64,000 nucleotides of DNA. Origin: Gemmatimonadota bacterium. Its GTDB lineage: Bacteria > Latescibacterota > UBA2968 > UBA8231. The DNA lies in assembly GCA_038128265.1 (NCBI GenBank), contig JAYPJE010000003.1, forward strand, positions 32,001 to 96,000, read 5' to 3'. The position numbers were made by a program, and so were the translations under genes. Shown here in pieces: positions 49,717 to 59,335 of the stretch. The first letter of the stretch is position 1. Every line of letters begins with the position of its first letter. The notes under the pieces were generated by a model. The model was not told where the DNA came from. It saw only the letters and a list, made by a program, of their open reading frames with translations, and ran no database searches.

Positions 49717-50841
49717 TTAGAGCAGTCGGTGCGCGGCCAGCACGTCGTCATCGAGCTCTATACCCAATCCGGGCGCATCCGGGACGGCGATATAGCCATC
49801 TTGCAGCACCTCCGCCGGACGCGTCAACTGCGCGCGCCACGGCACCTCACCAAAGGCATACTCCAAGACGGTGAAGTTAGAAATCGTCGCCGCCAGATGC
49901 ACACCGGCCATCGTCGAAACGGGACCGGCCGGGCTGTGCGGTGCCACCGGAATCTGCTTGACCTCTGCCATAGCTGCAATGCGCCGACACTCGGTAATAC
50001 CGCCGGCGTGTTTTACGTCGGGCATCAGCACGTGCACGGCGCCCCGCTCGACATAGTCCCAAAACTGTTCGCGACCAAACATGGCCTCACCGCCGGCCGT
50101 GGTATGTCCAGAGTGCAGCGTAATATGGCGCAGTGCCTCAATCTGCTCACGCGGAACCGGCTCCTCAAACCAGTATAGGTTGAGCGGCAGGGTTTTATGG
50201 GCCACCTTCATCGCCAGAGCTAGATCAAAGCGCTGGTGGCAGTCGACGAGCAGCTCCACGTCGTCGCCAATAGCCCGCCTTGTGAACTCCAGGCGTTCGA
50301 CGCCCTTATCGGCATCGCGCTCCACACCCGGCCGATCCATCGTGCGCCAGCGCACTTCGTCAAAGGGCGTCGCCTTCACAGCACTGAACCCAGCATCAAC
50401 CGCGCGCGCAGCCGCATCGGCAAAGCCCTGCGGACTGCGATCGCGAGTGCCGCGATTGAGGTTGGCATAAACCCGCACTCGATCGCGACGCTTGCCTCCC
50501 AGCAGACGCCACACCGGCACATTGAGTGCCTTGCCTGCAATGTCCCATAAGGCCTGATCAATGGCGCTGATCGCCGTGGCGCCTACGCGCCCAGCATCAC
50601 CCGAAAAAATGCCGCCCGAACGCACCATGCGCTCCCACAGCACCTCTGGCTGAGTGGGGTCGCAGCCGATCAGGCGCTGTCCCATCCGTTCCAGCGCCGC
50701 GAGCACCAGCGCATCGTTGCCGCTCTGACTAGCTTCTCCAATGCCGCTTATACCCGCATCCGTATGCAGTTGAACAAAGTGCCAGTTGCCGCGCTGCGAA
50801 GCTTCGACCCCGTGCACCGTTAACTCCGTTATCTTCATCAC
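49717..50841 (-). CDS. Mandelate racemase/galactonate dehydratase-like enolase superfamily enzyme
   Basis: SAIDQALWDIAGK, LLGG, VDCH, WFEEP, GGE, PDVKHAGGITE, APH. Confidence 0.9.
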   Translation of the reverse strand: MMKITELTVHGVEASQRGNWHFVQLHTDAGISGIGEASQSGNDALVLAALERMGQRLIGCDPTQPEVLWERMVRSGGIFSGDAGRVGATAISAIDQALWDIAGKALNVPVWRLLGGKRRDRVRVYANLNRGTRDRSPQGFADAAARAVDAGFSAVKATPFDEVRWRTMDRPGVERDADKGVERLEFTRRAIGDDVELLVDCHQRFDLALAMKVAHKTLPLNLYWFEEPVPREQIEALRHITLHSGHTTAGGEAMFGREQFWDYVERGAVHVLMPDVKHAGGITECRRIAAMAEVKQIPVAPHSPAGPVSTMAGVHLAATISNFTVLEYAFGEVPWRAQLTRPAEVLQDGYIAVPDAPGLGIELDDDVLAAHRLL

Positions 50842-52139
50842 TCCTCCATGTCAATCTGCGCACCTAGCGATTTCATATCGCGGAAGAATGCAGGGTAGGA
50901 TTTGTTGACGTTTTCAGCATCGAGTATCGTCAGGCCGCGCCGGCAGCGCATTCCGACAATCGTCAGCATCTGCGCAACGCGATGGTCGTGGTGCGTCTCC
51001 ACGGCGACGCCCCCTTCGTAGCCGTTGGGGTTGCCGCGCACGACGATCTCGCTCTCGCCCTCCTCGCAGTCAACGCCTAGGCTGCGCAGCTCGCGCACCG
51101 GCACGCTAATTCGATCGCATTCCTTCAGGCGCAAATTGCCAATGCCGTAAAACCGACTCTCTCCTTCGGCCAGCGCGGCCGCCGCGACCATGGCCAAGAC
51201 GGCATCGGTAGCGCGGTCCCCGTCAAATTGTGCTGCGCGTAGCGCCCCGCTGCCGCTAAAATGCACCGATTGCCCATCGTGCTCGAGCACACAGCCCATC
51301 TCGCGCAGCAGCGGCAACACGGCGCGCTCGCCCTGGCTGTCGGCAAATAGTCGGTCCAACCTAAAGTTACCACCGGCTACGGCACCGGCTGCCAGCAGCG
51401 CGGCGCTGGATGGATAGTCGCCGTTAACCGAGTATTCGCCGGCGCGATAGACCTGTCCACCAGCGATGCGAAAGTGGAGCAAGTCATCGCCCGCTTCGAT
51501 GTCTATACCAGCCTGGCGCATCACTTCTAGCGTGGTGTGCACCAGCGGCTGGGACACCAGACCATTGCGCACTTCGATTTCTACGTCTTCACCTATTAGC
51601 GGCGCCATAAAGAGCAGCGCGCTGAGATACTGGGAGCTGTTGGCGCCGCTCACCCAAACGCGTCCGCCGTGCAGCCGAGCGCCGCGCAGAACAACGGGGA
51701 GTTTCCCGTCGCGGGACTCACTCTGAACACCCAGCTGCTCCAGGGCCTGTAGCAGGTCGCCGTGCGGCCGGGTGCCAAGCGAATCGGCATAGTCGGTTTC
51801 AAAGCGAATTTCATCGAGCTGAGCACCAACGCCCATTAGCAGGCGCAGCACGGCACCGGCATTGCCCGGGTTGATGACGCCGGGGTTGTGGGGCCGGCCA
51901 GCAAACCCGCGCACGCGCGCGTACGGCCCTGCATCGTCGACCGCGTCTTCAATCTCCGCACCGTAAGCGCGCAGGCATCGCCGCATAGCCGAGGCATCGT
52001 CGCTCTCGGCGGGAAAGCGCACGATGCTCTCACCGTCAGCAAGCGCTGCCACCAGCAGGTAGCGGGTCGTGTAATTTTTTGAGGAAGGTGGATCGAGTCG
52101 CCCGGACAAATTGCGGGTCGGGCGCACTAGAGCTCGCAT
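50838..52139 (-). CDS. aroA: 3-phosphoshikimate 1-carboxyvinyltransferase
   Basis: PSSKNYTTR, GNAGAVLR, SSQYLSALL, LRLKECDR, HDHR, KSYPAF. Confidence 0.9.
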   Translation of the reverse strand: MRALVRPTRNLSGRLDPPSSKNYTTRYLLVAALADGESIVRFPAESDDASAMRRCLRAYGAEIEDAVDDAGPYARVRGFAGRPHNPGVINPGNAGAVLRLLMGVGAQLDEIRFETDYADSLGTRPHGDLLQALEQLGVQSESRDGKLPVVLRGARLHGGRVWVSGANSSQYLSALLFMAPLIGEDVEIEVRNGLVSQPLVHTTLEVMRQAGIDIEAGDDLLHFRIAGGQVYRAGEYSVNGDYPSSAALLAAGAVAGGNFRLDRLFADSQGERAVLPLLREMGCVLEHDGQSVHFSGSGALRAAQFDGDRATDAVLAMVAAAALAEGESRFYGIGNLRLKECDRISVPVRELRSLGVDCEEGESEIVVRGNPNGYEGGVAVETHHDHRVAQMLTIVGMRCRRGLTILDAENVNKSYPAFFRDMKSLGAQIDMEE

Positions 52140-52232
52140 GGAATCTATCCTGTGTGGATTGGTAGCAAGTGGGAAAATCGTTCAAAAAATAAACAACGGG
52201 CCGTCAAAAGGCGAACGACACTGCAGGAGCGC

Positions 52233-53312
52233 TCAGCCGCGCCGAAACAGCGTTATACAGCGCGGCCGGTAGGTGCGCTGCACCATACTGCGCTCGTCCC
52301 GTAGTTTCCACTGCGCATCGCTCTGCTGTAGAACGCGGCTTAGCGCAGTAGCGTCTTCCGAAATAAACACCGCCCGACCGCCAGGCCTGCACAGGCGCGC
52401 TGCTTCGGCGAAAACCTGCTCGTATAGGAGCGCATTTTCCGCGCGCACGCCGTGCGTCCTGCCATAGGGCAGATCGGCCATCACCACATCAAACGTCGCA
52501 TCGGGCAAGGGACACACGCGCACATCGCCCTGCACCAGGCGCAGATGCGCGCTCACACCGGCGGCCTGCGCATTGGTGCGGCTCGCACTAATAGCATGCG
52601 CAGAAGCGTCTATACCTATGGCGCAGAAGGCGCGCTGGCGCAGCAGACGTTCAATAAGCAGCGTGCCGCCTCCGCACATAAGGTTGACAACGCGATCGGC
52701 GCGCTGCGGTTTCGATAGCTCAACCATACTGGCCGCCAGTGCGGCATTGAGGCTACCGCGATAGTCTACCTGCCGCCACGATCGCGTTGCCAGCGGCCTG
52801 TTGCCCACTCTGGACAGCACTTCCCACCCGGCTTCACCGGGACGAAAGACGAGCACGCCATCGCCCCCTTCCCGATCAAACGGCATATGCAGCGCATCTT
52901 CCAACGACCGGGCAATGCGGCGCATCGTCGGTGATTCGGCACCGGCCGCGTCAAAGCGCAAACTCCCAGCTGGCTCGACGCCCGGCACGGCCTGCGCCTG
53001 CCGCACCAATTCAACCAGGGCGGCCAAGTGCTCTGGACTCAGCAGCGTGCGCGGGCGCTGAACGGCAAAGTCCCTGCGCACAAAGAGCGACTGCACCGTG
53101 CGCAGCCCTAGTAAGGGCGCCGCGTCTCCCCCGTAGAGAAAGTGTATCTCATCGCTGCGCCGGTGGCCCAACAGCGCGCACTCCCCGCGCAGGCGACGGA
53201 CAATTTCACCGCGAGCAATGTCCTCACAGCCCTCCAGGGCGGCGGCGACCCACAGCGTTTGCGCGCCATGCCCCTTGCCGTGGAGCCTCGATTTCTGGCG
53301 TCTCTTGCTCAT
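52233..53312 (-). CDS. Putative RNA methyltransferase (UPF0020/Trm14-like)
   Basis: GSLNAALAASM, NLMCGGGTLLIE, QGD, DLPYG. Start trimmed to ATG 53312. Confidence 0.8.
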   Translation of the reverse strand: MSKRRQKSRLHGKGHGAQTLWVAAALEGCEDIARGEIVRRLRGECALLGHRRSDEIHFLYGGDAAPLLGLRTVQSLFVRRDFAVQRPRTLLSPEHLAALVELVRQAQAVPGVEPAGSLRFDAAGAESPTMRRIARSLEDALHMPFDREGGDGVLVFRPGEAGWEVLSRVGNRPLATRSWRQVDYRGSLNAALAASMVELSKPQRADRVVNLMCGGGTLLIERLLRQRAFCAIGIDASAHAISASRTNAQAAGVSAHLRLVQGDVRVCPLPDATFDVVMADLPYGRTHGVRAENALLYEQVFAEAARLCRPGGRAVFISEDATALSRVLQQSDAQWKLRDERSMVQRTYRPRCITLFRRG

Positions 53313-53537
53313 CGCAATCCAGGGCCGCTGTGTGAGCGCGCTCGAGTTGAGCAACTATACAATGCGCACCGATTCGGCCAGCGCAGGCCTGCCATTCGTC
53401 CCATCAATACCTTCTTAGCATAGATAGCGTACACCATTCTCTGCTCTTTAAGCTACGCACCGCTCTTTTCTCATACACCTGCATTGCGTTAGTTATATCC
53501 ACTAGTATGATAAGCCTTTTTACCATAGAGTACGCGC

Positions 53538-55754
53538 ATGGATCTCTTTGACGCCGGCCTAGTCGCACGACAAGAGCGCGATCAGCCGCTGGCTGCGCGC
53601 CTGCGCCCGCGCACGCTCGACGAGTATGTCGGCCAAGAACACATACTCGGACCGGGACGCCTTCTGCGCCGCGCCATTCAGGCCGATCAGCTCTCCTCGC
53701 TGATTTTCTACGGCCCACCTGGAACCGGCAAGACCACGCTGGCCTCCGTTATTGCGCACACCACGCGCTCGCATTTTATCTCCATCAATGCAGTGCTAGC
53801 CGGAGTCGGCGAAATACGAAAGGCCATAGAGGAGGCACAGGAACGACGCAAGCTGCACGACCAGCGCACCATCCTCTTTATCGACGAGGTCCACCGCTTC
53901 AACAAGGCGCAGCAGGATGCCTTGCTACCGTGGGTAGAAAACGGCATCGTCATCCTCGTTGGCGCCACCACGGAAAATCCTTACTTCTCCGTAAACCGCC
54001 CCCTGCTTTCGCGCAGTCGCGTTTTCCAACTCAAAGGGCTCGATGCCAACGACCTTCGGCGCATAGTCGAACACGCACTTTCGGCACCCAACGGCTATGG
54101 GCATGTCAAAGTCGCCCTCGAAGAGAAGGCGCTCAACCACCTAGTCGACGTGGCCAACGGCGATGCCCGCGCCCTGCTTAACGCACTCGAACTGGCCGTC
54201 GAGACAACCGCCCCGGATACCCAGGGTCACATCGTCGTCAGCCTAGAAGTAGCCGAGGAGTCGATTCAGCAGCGCGCGCTGCTGTACGATAAGGAGGGCG
54301 ACTACCACTTCGATACGATCAGTGCGTTTATAAAATCTATGCGCGGCTCGGATCCCGATGCCACGCTATACTGGCTGGCGCGCATGGTCTATGCCGGCGA
54401 AGACCCGCTCTTTATCCTGCGTCGCATGCTCATCTTTGCCAGCGAAGACGTCGGCTTGGCCGACCCCCACGCCCTACAGGTCGTCACCAGCGCCAGCATT
54501 GCATTTGACCGCGTCGGCCTGCCCGAGGGCCGTTTCGCCCTATCGCACGCCGCGCTCTATCTGGCAACGGCGCCCAAGAGCAATTCGACTATGGCCTTTT
54601 TCGATGCGCTCACCGCGGTGGAAAAAGAGGTCGAAGAAGACGTACCCAACCACCTGAAGGACGCCAGCCGAGACAGCGAAGGGTTTGGCCACGGCGCCAA
54701 TTACCTATACCCACACGCCTTTCGAGAACACTGGGTCGCCCAGCAGTACCTGCCGGGCAGCCTGCAGGGTCGCGTATTTTACCAGCCAGCTGACAGCGGG
54801 CGCGAAAAGGCGCTGGCCGACCAAGTGCGGCGACAACGCGAACTGCAGCTGGCAGCCATGCTGGAAAGTCAGTCGACGCCCGAGATTCTTAGCTTTTCAC
54901 CGCCCGACAAGGCGCGCGACCAGTGGCTACAGCGCGCAGCGGGCCAGCACGGGGCGCAGTTGGAAACGCTGCGTAAGCGCCTTATAGAAGCCCTGCACAT
55001 CGAGCGCCACCACCTCGTTCTCGACCTCAACTCCGGCACGGGTTTGCTGGCCTGGGAAGCGCTGCGCCACGCCCCGGAAGGCGGCGTCTGGATGCACACC
55101 CCCGACAAGGCCACGGCGGTTGCACTGCACGAAATAGCCGCTCGCCTGCCCGAATTGGAACGTCCGCACATGCTGCATGGCTCCTTGACACAGCTCGACG
55201 AACTGCTCGACGCAGAAGAGGAGAGCATGCGCTTTGACGGCATCTGCGGACGCAATGCCCTCGGCAGCCTCGACGCTAAAGAACGCATTGTGGCGCGCAT
55301 TGTGCGACGCCTACTGCCAGGCGGACATCTAGCGCTGGCCGAAGTGCTATCGCGCCGCGCCCAGCGGCTCCACCGCTTGGTCAACCTCGACGCGCTCGAC
55401 GCCTCTCTGGCCCGACGCTTTGTCGAAGCCGAAGAGGCCATTTACGAAGACGAGGGCAATCCACACGTGGCGTGGGACGCCGACGGCATCCGCGCCCACT
55501 TTGCCGCGACCGGACTGGCATCGTTGGAGGTGCACTGCGAAGAGGTCTGCGGTCAGCGCCACATTAGCCCTCAACAGCTGGCCCACTGGTTTGATCCCGG
55601 CGGCGAAAAACGACACACTTATACGCACTACCTGAGCAAACACCTCGATGGGGACGAAATACGGACCGTTCGCCACCTGTTTGAAAAGGAGCTGGCACAT
55701 AAAACGCTCCCCTGGTCCACCACGCACGTCTACATAACGGGCCGCGCCCCCTAA
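53538..55754 (+). CDS. rarA: Replication-associated recombination ATPase RarA/MgsA fused to a methyltransferase-like domain
   Basis: PLAARLRP, GPPGTGKT, DEVHRFNK, SAFIKSMRGSD, YLYPH, then LVLDLNSGTGLLAWE. Confidence 0.92.
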   Translation: MDLFDAGLVARQERDQPLAARLRPRTLDEYVGQEHILGPGRLLRRAIQADQLSSLIFYGPPGTGKTTLASVIAHTTRSHFISINAVLAGVGEIRKAIEEAQERRKLHDQRTILFIDEVHRFNKAQQDALLPWVENGIVILVGATTENPYFSVNRPLLSRSRVFQLKGLDANDLRRIVEHALSAPNGYGHVKVALEEKALNHLVDVANGDARALLNALELAVETTAPDTQGHIVVSLEVAEESIQQRALLYDKEGDYHFDTISAFIKSMRGSDPDATLYWLARMVYAGEDPLFILRRMLIFASEDVGLADPHALQVVTSASIAFDRVGLPEGRFALSHAALYLATAPKSNSTMAFFDALTAVEKEVEEDVPNHLKDASRDSEGFGHGANYLYPHAFREHWVAQQYLPGSLQGRVFYQPADSGREKALADQVRRQRELQLAAMLESQSTPEILSFSPPDKARDQWLQRAAGQHGAQLETLRKRLIEALHIERHHLVLDLNSGTGLLAWEALRHAPEGGVWMHTPDKATAVALHEIAARLPELERPHMLHGSLTQLDELLDAEEESMRFDGICGRNALGSLDAKERIVARIVRRLLPGGHLALAEVLSRRAQRLHRLVNLDALDASLARRFVEAEEAIYEDEGNPHVAWDADGIRAHFAATGLASLEVHCEEVCGQRHISPQQLAHWFDPGGEKRHTYTHYLSKHLDGDEIRTVRHLFEKELAHKTLPWSTTHVYITGRAP

Positions 55755-55774
55755 CCCCAAGCGCAATATAGTGG

Positions 55775-55803
55775 TTGATTTGAACTGTGCGACCGCTTAA
55801 ATT
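55775..55803 (+). promoter_or_regulatory. Sigma-70-type promoter for the HEAT-protein operon
   Basis: TTGATT-17 nt-TAAATT. Confidence 0.4.
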
Positions 55804-55863
55804 ACGGGCCGATTCCGCAATGCAGCGCACTGTGCATCTAACTCCAACCTGTAGAAAGTGGTT

Positions 55864-57099
55864 ATGCGCGCCTCAATTGCCGTTTTTTTCCTTTCAGTGA
55901 CCCTGTCCCTATCCGCCTGTAGCACGACGGAACAGCAAATTACCGACTACGTCGAACAAATGGCGGCCAACCCAGTCGAGTCGCCAGCCTGGCGCGAAGC
56001 AGTCGATGGGCTGATTGCCATAGGACGTCCCGCCGCCCGTCAGCTCACCGCTCAGCTCAACCCCGATCACTACGTGGGAGAGCACTACCGCGAATTTCGC
56101 GCGGAGCAGGAAAAGCTGCGCACCGGCAGTGCCCGCGTGCTGGGCAGGATAAAGCCGCGCGGTGCCACGGGCCCCCTCAAAGATCGCATCACGGCCGCCT
56201 ATACCGACGCCGAACGCATCGCCTGCATCTGGGCCGTGGGCGAAATTGGCTTTGTCCAGGCCGGCGTCGACGCACTCAAAGCCCAGCTGTCGGATAGCAA
56301 TCCACTCATCCGCCTGCACGCGGCCATTGCCTTGCTCAAAATGGACGATGAGTCCGGCTACGAAGAAATCGCCGCGGCGATAGGAGGCACGGATGACGCG
56401 CAGGCGCGTATCGCGCTCGACGGCCTAGCGGAAGCCAAGCACTTCGGCGTGCCCCTGATGACCCGCACAGCGCATGCCGAGGGGCCCCGCCAGAGCGCTC
56501 TACGCCAGACCATTGACCAAGTATCCGCCGAACTAATCGAGCAGCTTGATCACGAGGATCCGGAAATGCGGCGGCGCGCTGCCATCGCGCTGGGTCAGGT
56601 TGGCGACGCACAGCACGTCGACGCGCTCGTCGAACGGCTCTCGGATCCCAGCAACCAGGTCCGCTTTAGCACGGCGGCAGCGCTGGCCGGCATGGATCAG
56701 GCCGCAGGCATCGACTTTCTCTTTAGCGCCATGCGCGATGCCGATCCGATTCTCCGCACCAATGCGGTCAAGTTCCTAGCCGACGTGCAAAAGGACACCG
56801 GCACCGTTGAGGCTCAGCTGATCGAAGCCCTCTCCAACTCGGAGCCCCTCACGCGTGCGGGCGCGGCGCAGGTCCTCGGCCAGGCGCGCGTTGCAGCCGC
56901 CGTCAGCGCCCTTTCGCAGGCAACGGCCGACGCAGAAGCACAGGTGCGCGCCAACGCCGTCATCGCCCTGGGCCATATTGGGCGCACCGAAAGTCGCTCT
57001 CCCATAGAGGCGCTGCTGAGTGACCCCGATGAAACCGTGGCATACTACGCAGAATGGGCGCTCCGACAACTCGATGTGCAACAGGGAGGAGAGGGCTGA
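55864..57099 (+). CDS. HEAT/PBS-lyase repeat lipoprotein
   Basis: Lipobox LSAC; repeated L.D.DP.(V/M)R..AA.ALG units. Confidence 0.85.
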   Translation: MRASIAVFFLSVTLSLSACSTTEQQITDYVEQMAANPVESPAWREAVDGLIAIGRPAARQLTAQLNPDHYVGEHYREFRAEQEKLRTGSARVLGRIKPRGATGPLKDRITAAYTDAERIACIWAVGEIGFVQAGVDALKAQLSDSNPLIRLHAAIALLKMDDESGYEEIAAAIGGTDDAQARIALDGLAEAKHFGVPLMTRTAHAEGPRQSALRQTIDQVSAELIEQLDHEDPEMRRRAAIALGQVGDAQHVDALVERLSDPSNQVRFSTAAALAGMDQAAGIDFLFSAMRDADPILRTNAVKFLADVQKDTGTVEAQLIEALSNSEPLTRAGAAQVLGQARVAAAVSALSQATADAEAQVRANAVIALGHIGRTESRSPIEALLSDPDETVAYYAEWALRQLDVQQGGEG

Positions 57100-57100
57100 T

Positions 57101-58015
57101 ATGGGATTCGCTGTCAAGGTAGCGCACGCAGTCATCGCCTTTGCACTGCTTATCAGCCTGCGCGCAGAAGCGGCTGAAACGCCAGAGACCATTCTCATAC
57201 GACAGACGCTGAGCGCCGATCTATCGGGCCATCGCCGCGGTGACTTAGACCTCGTTCTGTCGGCGTACGACGAATACTTGGCGGCCTACGATGGCAACGG
57301 CAGTAGCGATCCACGCGGCTGGAGCATTCGCCATGAGGGCCGCGAGGCGCTGAGGGCCAGCATAGAGCAAGACCTGCAGGCCAACCGCTACGAAACGGTG
57401 CGCACCGTGCCGACCATTCAGGTTCGCGGCAACGTCGCAACGGCCACTACGATCGACTCGGGTCGCGTAGTAGACCGCCAGACGGGCGCAGCCCGCACGG
57501 TGTACGAGAAGCGCCTGTGGACGCTCTTTAAGCGCGAAGACAACTGGCGCGTCACCGCTTTTGTCACGGCGCTAGGCGATTCTACAGCACGTGCACTGCT
57601 ATCTGAGAACGGCGAAGTAAGCGCCGTGCTCGCCCGCGAAGAAGAGGCACGCGAGGCTGGCGACAGCGGCGACCTGCTGTCCATCTTTGCCGAAAATTTT
57701 AGCGGCTACGACGGCAAGGAATCGCTCAACCCAGCCGCGTGGAAAATCATCTTTAGCGGCACGGAAGAGTTTGAGAAGCACCTCGTGCGCCGCCTACCGC
57801 ACGTGGCGTACCAGGTGGATCGCCAGCTCCTTTCGACCCAGGTTGGCCCCCAGCAGCGCGAGGCCATCGCCGTAACGCGTGACAAGGTCCAGGTAACCCA
57901 CGAGCGCGGCGAGTCGGAGCACGCCTTGGAACGCTACGTACTGTGGACGCTGAGCAAGCGCGATGGCGGTTGGAAAATAACCAATATGCTCTACAACCTC
58001 GGCCCGTCCGAATGA
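57101..58015 (+). CDS. Secreted protein with two NTF2/SnoaL-like domains
   Basis: Signal peptide; internal duplication (GD...YDG....P..W.I ... WTL.KR...W.(V/I)T twice); GGAGG RBS. Confidence 0.7.
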   Translation: MGFAVKVAHAVIAFALLISLRAEAAETPETILIRQTLSADLSGHRRGDLDLVLSAYDEYLAAYDGNGSSDPRGWSIRHEGREALRASIEQDLQANRYETVRTVPTIQVRGNVATATTIDSGRVVDRQTGAARTVYEKRLWTLFKREDNWRVTAFVTALGDSTARALLSENGEVSAVLAREEEAREAGDSGDLLSIFAENFSGYDGKESLNPAAWKIIFSGTEEFEKHLVRRLPHVAYQVDRQLLSTQVGPQQREAIAVTRDKVQVTHERGESEHALERYVLWTLSKRDGGWKITNMLYNLGPSE

Positions 58016-58021
58016 GGCGCT

Positions 58022-59263
58022 ATGAGCAGCAAGATAAACAACTACGAGAATACCAATCGCCTTTTTGACAAGGCAGCGGACCTCATCGACCTCGATGAGG
58101 AAACGCGCCTCCTCTTAAAAACGCCCTTCCGAGAAATCCAAGTTGAAATCCCGCTGCGGCTCGACGATGGCAGCCTAAAGATCTTTCTCGGCTACCGCGT
58201 GCAGCACAATGCCGCGCGCGGCCCGATGAAGGGCGGCCTGCGCTATCATCCCGAGGTTGACTTTGACGAAGTGCGCTCGCTCGCCTCGCTAATGACCTGG
58301 AAAACCGCCCTGGTCAACGTCCCTTTTGGCGGAGCGAAAGGGGGCATCAACTGCAATCCAAAAGAGCTGACTACGCGTGAGCTAGAACGCATTACGCGCA
58401 AGTTCACCTCCCGCCTTGGCTTTGCCTTTGGCATCCAGCAGGACATACCGGCACCCGACGTCAATACCAACGCGCAGACCATGGCCTGGATCATGGACCA
58501 GTATAGCGCACAGTACGGCTATACGCCGGGTATTGTAACCGGTAAGCCGATTGAATTGGGCGGATCGCCCGGACGCGAAGCGGCCACGGGGCGGGGCGTC
58601 TCCATAATCACGCAGGCGGCTGCAGCCGACGAGGGCATAGACATTAACGGCGCCCGCGTGGTCGTACAGGGCTTTGGCAACGTGGGCTCCTATACGGCCC
58701 TCTTGCTACACGAAGCGGGTGCGAAAATTATTGCCGTCGGGGACCACACGGGCGCGATATACAACGGCGACGGGTTTGACGTGCCGGCCCTTTTCGAACA
58801 CGCGCGCAGCACACGCAGCATCGCCGGTTTTGCCGGAGAAGCCATAGATGGTGCAGCGCTCCTCGAGCAGGACTGCGACATACTCATCCCGGCAGCGTTG
58901 GGCGGCGTTATTACGCGCGACAACGCTGACAATATCCGCGCGCGCATGGTCGTCGAGGCAGCCAACTCGCCGATAACAACGATCGGCGACGAGATTCTCG
59001 ACGAACGCAATATAACGGTCGTCCCCGATATTCTCGCCAACGCCGGCGGCGTTACGGTATCCTACTTCGAATGGGTGCAAAACGTCCAGGCCTTTGGCTG
59101 GGACGAGACGCGCATCAACGAGCAGTTGGAGAAATACATGCTACGCGCCTACCAAGCGGTGCGCGATACGATGAAAGAGCGCGGGGCCCGCATGCGCACC
59201 GCCGCCTTTAGCATTGCCATTGCGCGCGTGGCCCATGCCGAGCGCATCCGCGGCGACCTGTAG
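58022..59263 (+). CDS. gdhA: Glutamate dehydrogenase (Glu/Leu/Phe/Val family)
   Basis: GPMKGGLRYHP, GGAKGG, DIPAPD, ATGRG, QGFGNVG, NAGGVTVSYFEW. Confidence 0.92.
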   Translation: MSSKINNYENTNRLFDKAADLIDLDEETRLLLKTPFREIQVEIPLRLDDGSLKIFLGYRVQHNAARGPMKGGLRYHPEVDFDEVRSLASLMTWKTALVNVPFGGAKGGINCNPKELTTRELERITRKFTSRLGFAFGIQQDIPAPDVNTNAQTMAWIMDQYSAQYGYTPGIVTGKPIELGGSPGREAATGRGVSIITQAAAADEGIDINGARVVVQGFGNVGSYTALLLHEAGAKIIAVGDHTGAIYNGDGFDVPALFEHARSTRSIAGFAGEAIDGAALLEQDCDILIPAALGGVITRDNADNIRARMVVEAANSPITTIGDEILDERNITVVPDILANAGGVTVSYFEWVQNVQAFGWDETRINEQLEKYMLRAYQAVRDTMKERGARMRTAAFSIAIARVAHAERIRGDL

Positions 59264-59335
59264 GGCAAATAACGCGCCGTTTGGAGCGCTCCCACGCGCC
59301 ACATAAGCACCGCGTATCCATGCACGGGAGGGCAC

